Below, in pieces: positions 10,901 through 20,300 of a DNA stretch of 64,000 nt. Location of the stretch: NCBI GenBank assembly GCA_964658305.1, contig OZ210885.1, forward strand, positions 5,952,001 to 6,016,000. Direction: 5' to 3'. Position 1 is the first letter of the stretch. Each line of letters begins with the position of its first letter. This DNA is from Leptogorgia sarmentosa (lineage: Eukaryota). Made by a program: the position numbers and the translations under genes. The notes under the pieces were generated by a model. It saw only the letters and a list, made by a program, of their open reading frames with translations. It did not search any database and had not been told where the DNA came from.

Positions 10901-11340
10901 TCATATCTTAAATACGTTTATCAAATAGTTTGTACATACCGATTTTCTTCTGAATTCAAATATCTCTTCCAAGCAATTCGTAGTTTCTTCAACGTGCAAT
11001 TTCTTACATATGCTGATGGATTGGTTTCTCTCTCGATCAGAAAATTCTCGTTTATGAATCACTCTAAAATGATGGCCTATGCCATTTTCAAGAAAAAATA
11101 GACGCTTCGCAACACAGTCATCGTCTGGGCATAATATCTTCCCCAAACACACAGCTTCGTGGATCGGTCTCTTTTCATTACTCGTTAATTCACCGATTTC
11201 ATCATTTGCATTATGAATATTGAACAGTCGTCCGCCATCTTGTTTGCATTTTCTGCCAGGCGCTTAATTCCTCCCGACCTCCCCATGCACCCTTGCGCGC
11301 TTAGCGCGCCAACAAAAAAAAGCGCCTGGGTACGAGGCTG
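7902..11340. mobile_element. AcademH-like DNA transposon carrying RecQ helicase; no transposase found
   Basis: Perfect 18-bp TIR CAGCCTCGTACCCAGGCG, imperfect to ~90 bp; exact 9-bp TSD CTTTTTAGC (7893-7901, 11341-11349). Confidence 0.88.
8655..10310 (-). CDS. RecQ-family SF2 helicase (last exon); probable upstream exons ~10514-10781 and ~10930-11240, the latter with a C2H2-like finger
   Basis: PTGRGKSLCY, DEAHC, FRPSY, ATSAFGMGIDKPDVR, GRAGRDG, RQC CRR..C..CDNC and a winged-helix-like tail; TTTTAAG acceptor near 10311. Confidence 0.9.
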   Translation of the reverse strand, partial: DHRLHVTPEGPVTVSNQPFQENPLLPPTEDDIFLSILRNVFQHENFQGIQRDVIDINNNDMLTVIPTGRGKSLCYWVPGLSAVGITVVITPLVALLNDQVSKLRSYGINVASVNSSMTPEDRAAVFHELTNKETHYKFFYLTPEFALSPSAAACFEAMRENGTLLRIVIDEAHCVDTWGQSFRPSYGQLHKLKQYNTPIAAFTGTATNETRKRIVVGLGLVEPVILHSSCNRSNLFFQVIPKSGAHFKEDAVQFIADKFAGSCGIVYSFSTRDTIELAYIFKSKHMTAVYYHGQLDYFEKNENARAWLSGKALIMCATSAFGMGIDKPDVRFVLHLSIPESLEDYYQGAGRAGRDGRNAHCVLMYRFEDRNRLMQLITKSSTAELREHQTHSLNEVVSYCMSSTCRRKLILEYFDDETEVNCGGGCDNCLTTPTSPREFTTEAINACLCLEKMMTITPKINVKQLALTFKGSKSKRDVESKGFHMIPHYSIGKNVFKNDSDAIKFVQHLIINEVLTENLRAVDDKFITPFITLGKKSHLLRNREIKLFLRL

Positions 11341-11437
11341 CTTTTTAGCGTTGTTTTAGATCATTGTATATTAAGGAGTGGTAGCTGAAAGCTTTCAAAT
11401 GAATACATGTTTTTAATAGGGGAACGTCTGATTTTCT

Positions 11438-12290
11438 TCGTCATCTCTAGTCCTATAGGTAGACATCTTCCATTAAGAACAATGTTTGCTTTTACGACTA
11501 TGCTCTATACTGATAATATTGTTGCATATATAATTCCGTCTCCATTGAGCTACAACCAACGGCCAAAAACTTGCCATATTTCCTAAAATATATAATAACA
11601 ATTAATAGATATTTTGAATACACATTTAAATTGTGTTTACCAGATTTTCTCTCTACAAATGACAACCTGCAATAACTCGTCGCATCATTACATTCAACAA
11701 CGCATATCATCGCCACATGGGCGTACCGGGCGGGGGGGGGGGCTGGGGGGGGGGGGCGGCAGCCCCCCCAGTTTGACTAACGTTTTTCTCCGGCAGCCCC
11801 CCCCCGGAGAAAAACGTTTGACTAAGATACTAAGTTGTTGTTTGAAGTATCTTACTAATGCTTATTTTCTATTTTCCCTATCATGCAAGTTGGTTACCAC
11901 GCACATCTGGCGAGGGAAGTAATTAGTATGAAAAACGTTTGCGAAGGAAGTAATTAGTATGCATAATGCAAATAGCGCTAATTAGTATTCAGAATGCCAA
12001 CAGCGCCGGATGTATTCCAGTCACGTATCCGAGACACATGTTATAAAAGTGAATGGCATATGAAAAAGGTATAATTTTTCAGTAATTTTTCAGACGTGTG
12101 ACATTACAAAGTTAAACTATGATACTATATTACAAAATTACAATGAAAGTAGATATATCTAAGTTTTTTAAAAGTTGTTAAAAAGAAATCTATTTAAAAA
12201 TGACCGCTTAAATCTCTCTGTTTTAACGTGGGGATCGTAGGGACGTACGAACGTCACAGGGGAAGTGTTTATTGATTCATGTTAATGAAC
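11438..12290 (+). repeat. Segment repeated directly (with different insertions) at ~20830-22582
   Basis: Shared blocks GTCATCTCTAGTCCTATAGGTAGACATC..., GCACATCTGGCGAG...AATTAGTATGC..., TACGAACG..ACAGGGGAAGTGTTTATTGATTCATGTTAATGA. Confidence 0.8.
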
Positions 12291-12770
12291 CCGTTTTCCA
12301 CTCACGTATTTCGCCGCCGCTGGCGAAAAATTTCGCCACCGAAAAATTTAATTCCCTATTCTTTCGCGCCATCAGTGAAAGTCTGACAAAAGTTGAGCGT
12401 TTTCAATATTTATAAAAGCGAGACAAATTTCTTCAGTGGCGAATGAATGTAACAACATGATTTCCGTGTCCAGATTTTTCGCCGACGGCGGCGAAATAAT
12501 GCTATAATATTAAGAATTTTAAGATAAAATGACTATACAATAGTTACGGTATGTTGTACGATAATTTTCACTGAAAGTTCAAATTTTGTGTCTTTAGATT
12601 TTGTGTTTATACAGCGGCTCGAATCAACAGGATTAGTTTTGATTGTTCGTTAAATCTACACGCTCGTGAAATACACGAACATTGCGATGAATTTAAACTT
12701 TTTAAGAAGGTTCATAAACGTGAATGTTAAACACATTTTGCAACTTTGGAAAGGTCCTTAACATTCGTTC

Positions 12771-14414
12771 TCAAATGTACTCATCATCTTCATCATATTC
12801 ATTGTCATCATGATAGTCAACGGATGAATTGTTTTCACCGACATCAAAATCATCGTTGTCATCGTCGCGATCTTCGTCGGGATTATCATCGTCGTCGGAA
12901 TAATCATCTTTATCGCCGATTATCATCTTATCTTCGTCAGAATCCTCATCTTCGTCGGGATCCCCATCTTCGTCACCATCCCCATCTACGTTTGGATCCT
13001 CATCTTCGTCGAAATCCTCATTTTCGTCGGGATCCCCATCTTCGTCGGAATCCTCATCTTCGTCGGGATCCCCATCTTCGTCGGGATCCTCATCTTCGTC
13101 GGAATCCTCATTTTCGTCGGAATCCTCATCTTCGTCACCATCCCCATCTACGTTTGGATCCTCATCTTCGTCGGAATCCTCATTTTCGTCGGAATCCTCA
13201 TCTTCGTCGGGATCCCAATCTTCGTCGGAGTCCTCATCTTCGTCGGGATCCTCATCTTCATCGGAATAATCATCTTTATCGTCAATTATCATCTTATCTT
13301 CGTCGGGATCCCCATCTTCGTCACCATCCCCATCTTCGTTGGAATCCTCATCTTCGTCGGAATCCTCATCTTCGTCGCAATCTTCTTCTTCGTCGGGATC
13401 CTCATCTTCATCGGATTGCTCGTCTATTCCCGAAAATGTAACTGAGGTGTCATTGTAAAAACTATCATTTTCATCTTCTTCGGCAGAATAATGTTTGTAG
13501 TCATCTGGATTGTCATTGCCAGTAACGTTACCTCCGGAGGAAAAGATACTTCCAAGAGAGGAAAAGATCGTTTCGTCTCCAGACCTAGAACCCAATTCGA
13601 ATTTTTTCTCATTGACATAAACCCAACCCAAAGCTTCACAAGCATAAGGCCTGTCATCAATGTTACGACTGATTAATTTTGAAACAAACAGTCGAGCATC
13701 GGAGTCATCAAGGTTCTTTAAGTTTACTGAGTCACCTTTCAAAATATTTACCATGCGTTCATACAAATGCCCGAACGGATGTTCACCTTTGCTCAAGATG
13801 AAGTGAGCTATCATACCAGCTACCTGAACGTCAGATTTTTTCTTAAATCGACCTTTTCCTCCTTTCCCTAGGGTTTCGATCACTTCTGAAGGCATCCAAC
13901 CTCGAGTTCCACTTGCATTAGTCAGGACTGTCGTTTCATCTTCATTGAGAATACGGCTTATCCCAAAGTCTGCCAGTCTCATGTTATTTTTTATATCAAC
14001 GAGTACATTGGATGGCTTCAGGTCTCTATGCAATATACCTTTACTATGGAGAAATTGAAGACCAGTCAAGATTTCTTTTATCATTCGATGACTATTTGCT
14101 TCCACATATTTTAAATCTTGAGAAAGAATGTGATCGTGCAACGTTTCTTCGCAAAGATCAACAATGAGGTACATGAAGGTGTTGTCCTTGATGAAACTTT
14201 GGTAGCTGACAATAAATGGTGATTTTTTAGTGTTAATCAGTTTTAAGATTTTTTTCTCATTTTCAGCCATCTTTTTAGCCGTTGCTATCAACATTCTTTT
14301 TACAGCCACTTCACTGCCATCTTGCATGATACCCACGTAAACGGAAGTGCCCATAGATCCAGTTCCGAGGGAAAAGAATTCAGTCGTCGCAACACGTTTT
14401 ACTGGTGGTCCAAC
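12771..14414 (-). CDS. IRE1/RNase L-like Ser/Thr kinase domain plus long acidic repeat tail (terminal exon)
   Basis: GTGSMGTSVY, VAVK, HRDLKPSN, DFG, GTRGW, SDVQVAG, GEHPFG; phase-0 acceptor TATTAG at 14415; no KEN RNase domain. Confidence 0.88.
   Translation of the reverse strand, partial: VGPPVKRVATTEFFSLGTGSMGTSVYVGIMQDGSEVAVKRMLIATAKKMAENEKKILKLINTKKSPFIVSYQSFIKDNTFMYLIVDLCEETLHDHILSQDLKYVEANSHRMIKEILTGLQFLHSKGILHRDLKPSNVLVDIKNNMRLADFGISRILNEDETTVLTNASGTRGWMPSEVIETLGKGGKGRFKKKSDVQVAGMIAHFILSKGEHPFGHLYERMVNILKGDSVNLKNLDDSDARLFVSKLISRNIDDRPYACEALGWVYVNEKKFELGSRSGDETIFSSLGSIFSSGGNVTGNDNPDDYKHYSAEEDENDSFYNDTSVTFSGIDEQSDEDEDPDEEEDCDEDEDSDEDEDSNEDGDGDEDGDPDEDKMIIDDKDDYSDEDEDPDEDEDSDEDWDPDEDEDSDENEDSDEDEDPNVDGDGDEDEDSDENEDSDEDEDPDEDGDPDEDEDSDEDGDPDENEDFDEDEDPNVDGDGDEDGDPDEDEDSDEDKMIIGDKDDYSDDDDNPDEDRDDDNDDFDVGENNSSVDYHDDNEYDEDDEYI
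12800..13420 (-). repeat. Coding 18-bp minisatellite encoding (D[PS]DED[EG])n
   Basis: Units such as GATCCCGACGAAGATGAG repeated in frame, with larger internal duplications. Confidence 0.9.
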
Positions 14415-15593
14415 CTAATATAAGGAGAAAAAACAAAATTCACTGGAGCGTGTAAAGCAGTACGAATATGCCATAGAAGAGTTTTGAAGGGTTGACATTT
14501 TATACAATTTTATACACATTTATTTTAATATTCCACTCGTACCACTGGTATGCTTAGCAACTCAATTGCCTATGATAAAACATAATAATATGTAAATATT
14601 TGAGATTATATCTTGCTATTTATTCCTTCCTATGTTAAAAACTAGAGACTTGAGACGAAACGTTTTAATCTTCCTAGATAATGGAAGGACGAGGAAGAAA
14701 TGACGAGGTGATTCAGCATAATACAGGGTGCATGAAAAAAACTGACCAAATTTAAAATCGCTGTCAACTTCGGGAAGCTGCTTAAGGAACGAAGTTGTTA
14801 AAGTGATATATTGAATAGTTGTCGTTGTGCGATGAAAGAGTACAACCTCGTGTAACTATATATATACTAAAAGCAACAATAATCAGGCGCGCAAAAAACC
14901 TCGTGCCATGTTCGTGTCCTCCCGTAATGGGCCACAGCTCGCCCGAGAAACGTAACTATGAATAAGAACTAATCTATATATAATATCTTATGAATACAAC
15001 AGTCCTGCCCCGTGTCCAATAACGTTCAGACAGAAGTTTTTGGTTCATGTAGATAGTTTATATTTACTTAAAATGTATGAATAAACGCAAAAAACTCATG
15101 GCCAGAAATACGCGACACGCAATTGCGGAATCTACGCGATGATCTGTCGAATTAATATAATTTGTATTGGAGCGAGATAAATTTTGTTGAATTTAAAAAC
15201 GCAAGTTGTGTTAAAAACTTAAAAAGCGAAAAACGCTCAATATTCAAACAAACGAAATTTGTGTTAAATCACTAAAATGGTTTCGAATAACGAGGACTAA
15301 AAATGATGACACCTGCATTCAAAAAAAGTTGTCCCTCAGAATTTTTTAAAAACGAGACCAGTCTGTATAGATTAGTAAACAATTAATAGCGCCTGAAGCA
15401 CATATCCATAAGAAAAACCTACTCTGTGGGTGCAAGGAACATACAGTTCAACAAACGAAAGTACCTTCCATAAGTTGAGGTTCCTCTGGCTCAGCCGTAC
15501 GGGCTACATTTTTTCAGTGGGGGGGGGGGGGGGGGGGCAGAAAGATCTTTGCCCGAATTTGAGGGTAGGGAATGTCACGAGGCGCCACCGCTT

Positions 15594-16009
15594 ATTTCGA
15601 TTCCGTCGACGGTCGGACACCTCCGAGATGGTCGGACACCTCATTATAATACATGAACAGCTGTAGCATTAGAAATAAGCATAATAATAATGTTTAATGA
15701 GGGATCAGGCAGCTGGAGCAGTTGGTGCAATGGCAAGGGTGCGGATTTCCGTGCAGAGCACCAGGGTTCGATCCCCATCGGGGTACAATATTTTTTCCTT
15801 ATTTTTTTCGACCTTTAATCTCAAACTTTAATTTTGCCAAAGATTTTTCAACTATTTTTTTTCAAAATACGCATATTATTTTGTCAATGTTTAAAGTTAG
15901 GGTTAGGAATAGGGTTTGGGTTAGTGTTATGTGCTGTTGAGGTGCTGAATACGAGTGAATGAGGTGTCCGACCATCTCGGAGGTGTCCGACCGTCGACGG
16001 AATCGAAAT
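15594..16009 (+). mobile_element. MITE with 52-bp TIRs, tRNA-derived core and GGTTAG motif, nested in another MITE (~15490-16262)
   Basis: ATTTCGATTCCGTCGACGGTCGGACACCTCCGAGATGGTCGGACACCTCATT and its reverse complement; internal TGGTGCAATGG...GGTTCGATCCC; GTTAGGGTTAGG. Confidence 0.8.
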
Positions 16010-16570
16010 TTGCGGCGCCACCATGGTTGGCGCCAAGCGAGAAATATTTGAACTTTTACAACCTCTGGATTGCCGGAAACGGCGATTTCAGAGTCCTAAC
16101 TCCACTTTCTTGGTACACTCGTTCAGGTGAACGACTGGAGGATTGTTGACATTACCTTATTCCTCAGATTTTTTCCCGAATTATGTTCAAAATCAGCGCC
16201 CGAATTTTCCAATTTGAAATTTTTTTGGGGGGCAGTTGCCCCCCGCCTCGTACGCCTATGGCCTAACATAAAAAGTCAAAATCCTACCTTATTTTCGTTT
16301 GTTCCAGCAATACATACTTTCAGGGTAAATTAGAGCTTTATTATGTTAAAAGTTAAAACGTACTTCGTTGGGTATAAAAATGGTCATAACTTTGCGAGCT
16401 TTTAGCCGATTTACTCCGTGAAACTTTCATATTGAAGCTTTCAATTTGATCGTGAATATAAACAGAGTTTCAAATACTCACACGCATACACAATGCTTCT
16501 AAATACCGCTGTAATGCCCGCAATCTACAATATTACATGATATTTTGAACCCGTCGACGTGACGTTGACG

Positions 16571-16936
16571 GTTAGTGTTAGATCATAATTTATAGAGTTC
16601 ACGTACCATGACGTCAGAATTCTATTATTTAAAAAATGTTTTTTTGACGACAGTTTTCAGCGAGCTCGAAATTAGCTCAGGAGGTTAGGCACGCGGTGCT
16701 TGCGTAGCTGTTTAAGAGTTCAAGCCCCGGTGTGACACTTCTCTTTCGCGTTGGCGATTTCAAGTTAAAACTTTTTTTCCTCAATATTTTGCCGACCTCT
16801 ATGGTCAGGGTTAGTATTTAGGATTTGGGTTGGGATCTTAGTCTATATAAAACTAGTTCACAGCTAATACTAATACTATATTAACGGTTATATTAAAATC
16901 ATGACGTCATGGTACGTTAACTCTATATGATCAAAC
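16571..16936 (+). mobile_element. MITE with tRNA-derived core and GGTTAG motif
   Basis: Inverted ends ATAGAGTTCACGTACCATGACGTCA / TGACGTCATGGTACGTTAACTCTAT; internal TAGCTCAGGAGGTTAG...GAGTTCAAGCC. Confidence 0.75.
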
Positions 16937-17681
16937 GCCGACCGACTTTGACTCACAGAACTGTATTATGCGCAAGCGCAATAGGTAATCTCCGCTGACA
17001 TAATATGTGGTGCGTGTGTACTGAAATGTCGCGTATTTCTAGCCATGTTAATTGTAAAAATTCAGGAGGTTGTCGTTTACTGCAGATAAAAAATGACTTC
17101 CGCAAGAAATTTATAGGCCTGAAAGAAATCAGTTTGTATGGTGGACGAAAACCTTTCAAAATTCTAAAAAAAAACTTGGTTAAATTTTAACCCTTCAAAA
17201 CGTCGTGAAAACGTTCGTTTTCTAGAATAACTAGTTTTTGCATTTCTAATTATATAATTTGCAGATTTTGCATAGGCAAACTAGGCACAACTATAATTAG
17301 CATTAACTAATCATGTGAAAAGGTAAAAAAACCTAAGTTAATTTGTATAGACAATTTTTTTAAAAAGTTCGAAATAGTACAATTCATTATGTAAGCTTCA
17401 ATAGCATCCCAAAGTGAGTAGAATTGCAGAGTTTGGTTGCGAAATGTTGTAAAATGCGAAAAATATACCCCTGTGAAGTTTGCAAAATTTGTATATTGTA
17501 TTACATATTTTAGATTTATTTATAGGGTTAACCTCACGATTTCCATTTCAACATTTTTGTAATGTTATCTTGAATAAATCATGTATGTATGTACCCCCCA
17601 ATGAACATTCTAGTTTGGCCCCTATTAGTCAATCAACCAGTAAGAGATTAATTTTACCGAACAGCAACAAAGTTTTATTAC

Positions 17682-17801
17682 TTGTGTCAATCCCTTCTTA
17701 TCCAAGGCTTTTAAGCTATCAATTTTATCACGATGTTTCCTGGATTTCTTTTGTCTTATTTTTGTGACCCTCGCATCTTTATTTTTCTTCCTTTTTGTTT
17801 C
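17682..17801 (-). CDS. 120-nt phase 0-0 exon upstream of the kinase exon (ETKRKKNKDARVTKIRQKKSRKHRDKIDSLKALDKKGLTQ)
   Basis: TTTTATAG acceptor, GTAATA donor, open frame, joins in phase to 14414. Confidence 0.65.
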
Positions 17802-17872
17802 CTATAAAAAACAAAGTAAATTACCTGTAAATGAGAGCCTAGTGCGAATTTGAAATCGTTTTACGAACGTAA

Positions 17873-17990
17873 GGCCTAGGTCAAACGTCGAACTTTTCAT
17901 GCGCCGAACCTAATGCAAATGAGCTCAAACAAAGAACTTTGCTCATTAACATTAGGTTCGGCACATGAAAAGTTCGACGTTTAACCTAGG
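17873..17990. mobile_element. ~120-bp PIF/Harbinger-like MITE; same family as 39266-39386
   Basis: TIR GGCCTAGGTCAAACGTCGAACTTTTCATG. Confidence 0.8.
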
Positions 17991-18076
17991 AAGTACGAAG
18001 TACGACGTACGAAGCTTTCGGTTTATTTAGATTGTTTGGGTACTTATAATGAAGAGTAAATGTACTTATAAATAAA

Positions 18077-18235
18077 GTTATAGAAACACGCGTGGAAGTT
18101 TGGGAGAAACGAGAAATTCCGTGGGAACACGAGCACGAAGTGCGAGTGTTTCCACACAATTTCGAGTTTCTCCCAAACTTACACAAGTGTTTCTATAACT
18201 AATATGAACACGGAAAAAATGTTTTCTATTTCCTT
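18077..18235. repeat. Palindromic MITE-like repeat (relative of the interrupted copy at ~3727-5335)
   Basis: GTGGAAGTTTGGGAGAA...TTTCGAGTTTCTCCCAAACTT foldback. Confidence 0.65.
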
Positions 18236-20034
18236 TATTAAATAGCCTTTTAAAAACAATAAAAAAGATAAATTTATTGATTTTAATTGCATTCATTCAA
18301 AGATTCATTTGTTTTTTAATTTCCCGCGCAATCCACGCAACCCTCGTGAAAATCCTCGTGTTTCTATAGTGTTATAGAAACACGGGTTTTTTGAGCTCTC
18401 GACCAATCAACGCCCGTGTTTTTAAAAGGCTATTTTATAAAACGGTTTGTAAGATGGATTATTGTCATTTCGGCAAATTAATGAGAAATTCTGCGCCTTC
18501 TGTACTTTAACTCTAGGCGTCGTAAATAATCATTGCGTTTTATCATAGGCTATAGTTTTCCTTATTTTTTATTTGATTACTTCAAAATGTTTTTTTTCTA
18601 CGATGCACATTTTTCATTTTTTATGACTGTTAAATGGTATTTCATGTAAAAAATGGATGACCATATATATTTCTTATAAAATTTAAATATCCGAGTGAAC
18701 GGGGAGACTGGAGCGAGAACGTATGTCTTCGTTCCAATGTCCGCCATTTTCTAGCAATGGTCGCTCAAGTGCCTAAAACCTGATTTATGTTTGAATAAAT
18801 CTTATCTTCAGTATGATTATAAAATAACAAGTAATCGCATTGGGTCCCTTGAATCCCTTGGTTAGACACGACTTTACAACGTTTATATAGAATTCTACTG
18901 TCTGGAGTCGGTTTCAGAATCAAATTCCCGCCATTTTCGTCGATAGAGGTTCTTTTGTATATTAGTTTGAAATATCCAATAATTTTATTCTATTATTCTT
19001 GTATCATATTGTTTTGTTATATTGCGTTACTGGCTATTTAACGTGTTGAACAGTATTATGAACTGTCGCATGACTTGCATGACTTGTGTAATATGTATTA
19101 GTTAACCTTATAGGTTTAGTATAGTTTATTTGCCACGAACTCGCACGACTGATGAACATTGAATCCACATCGAAAAATATCTATCACTATCACATCTGTG
19201 TTGTTGAGCTAAATCAACGAAGTTCGAAACTCCTCAAGCCTCTCGCGAAACGCTAAGTCAACCCCCTCCCCCTGTAGGTCCAAGAAGCGAAATCGGGGAA
19301 GCAAGATCAGCAAAGGCCTACATTGTATACCGTCGGATTCTACAGGACATCTGGCGGCAGAGTTCGATTAGGTGTTTTAAATTGGTGACAGATTTACCCT
19401 GTTTACATATATTTTGCCCTGACATGCTTTCGCGATTCGTGAAAGCTCTAAGTTGTTCTAATTGGAACTATTAGACTATTTATTACCTAGTCTACAGTTA
19501 TTTATTTAGCAGAGAACAGGGGTAACTTCCGAACAACGTTTAAAATGAGCTATCGTATGGCTAGAGCTTACATGGACAGTATGGATAAAAGTAATCTTAA
19601 ATAAACTAGGTTTTACATTATTAATTAGTACAAATTAAGATATGTACACTTGCCATTTCGCTGTTACTCTGTTACTATGAACCGCTATAATCGACGCAGC
19701 TGCGTAAAATATCCTTGTACAGTTTCACAGAATAAAGTATTAACCCTCCTTTCTTTCGTAACTCTGTAAAAGCTCCGTAGTGGCGTAGTCCGTTCACAGA
19801 ATTGGAAGCTCTGGTTCCCGGTAAGACATGTACAAGGTGATTTCCGGGTATAGTGATTTCCGGCATCCAGCTGAGTCAAAGTCAAACCCATTGAACTAAA
19901 AATAACTGAAACGCTACCTGAGATATTTGAAGCCAAACTTTTTGGTGAAATCACCAGGTCCCTGTGAGAAAATCCCGCGCGCTCATATGAAAAAATAAAC
20001 AAAAAGGCGGTCGAACAGTGAAAGGATCATCCTA

Positions 20035-20300
20035 TGAGAATATTTAGGGTTTCTACGAAAGTCTAAGTAAAAAACTATGATGCTTTTCAAACTCTAAGTG
20101 AGCATGAGAAATTAGACGGGTTCATGATGTGTATTAACAAGTTGCCTCATATAAAGCCAGATTTCGTAAAGGTTGATGAAGACTGCGAAGAGTAGAAAAT
20201 GTCCAAACTATTCGAAAGTCTACAGAAGTGGTTAAGAACAGGAAGTAAAGTCGAGGACAGTAATTCCAAACAGACAAGGTGACCCAAAAAGAAAAAGAGA
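20035..20300 (+). pseudogene. BEL/Pao LTR retrotransposon gag remnant
   Basis: Broken frame reading FYESLSK/NYDAFQTLSEHEKLDGFMMCINKLPHIKPDFVKVDEDCEE*KMSKLFESLQKWLR. Confidence 0.6.

Noticed and set aside
12746..13441. 231-aa His/Arg/Pro-rich plus-strand ORF
   Set aside because: Antisense shadow of the acidic minisatellite in the kinase exon.
12771..14354. True IRE1 or RNase L orthologue
   Set aside because: No luminal/transmembrane region, ankyrin repeats or KEN domain seen; only the kinase subfamily resemblance is supported.
15715..15790. Functional tRNA genes at 15715, 16670 and 26292
   Set aside because: A and B boxes are present but acceptor and anticodon stems do not pair; they lie within MITE-like elements.
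19675..20002. Extra exon of the kinase gene
   Set aside because: Open frames exist but there is no convincing splice pair or recognisable motif.
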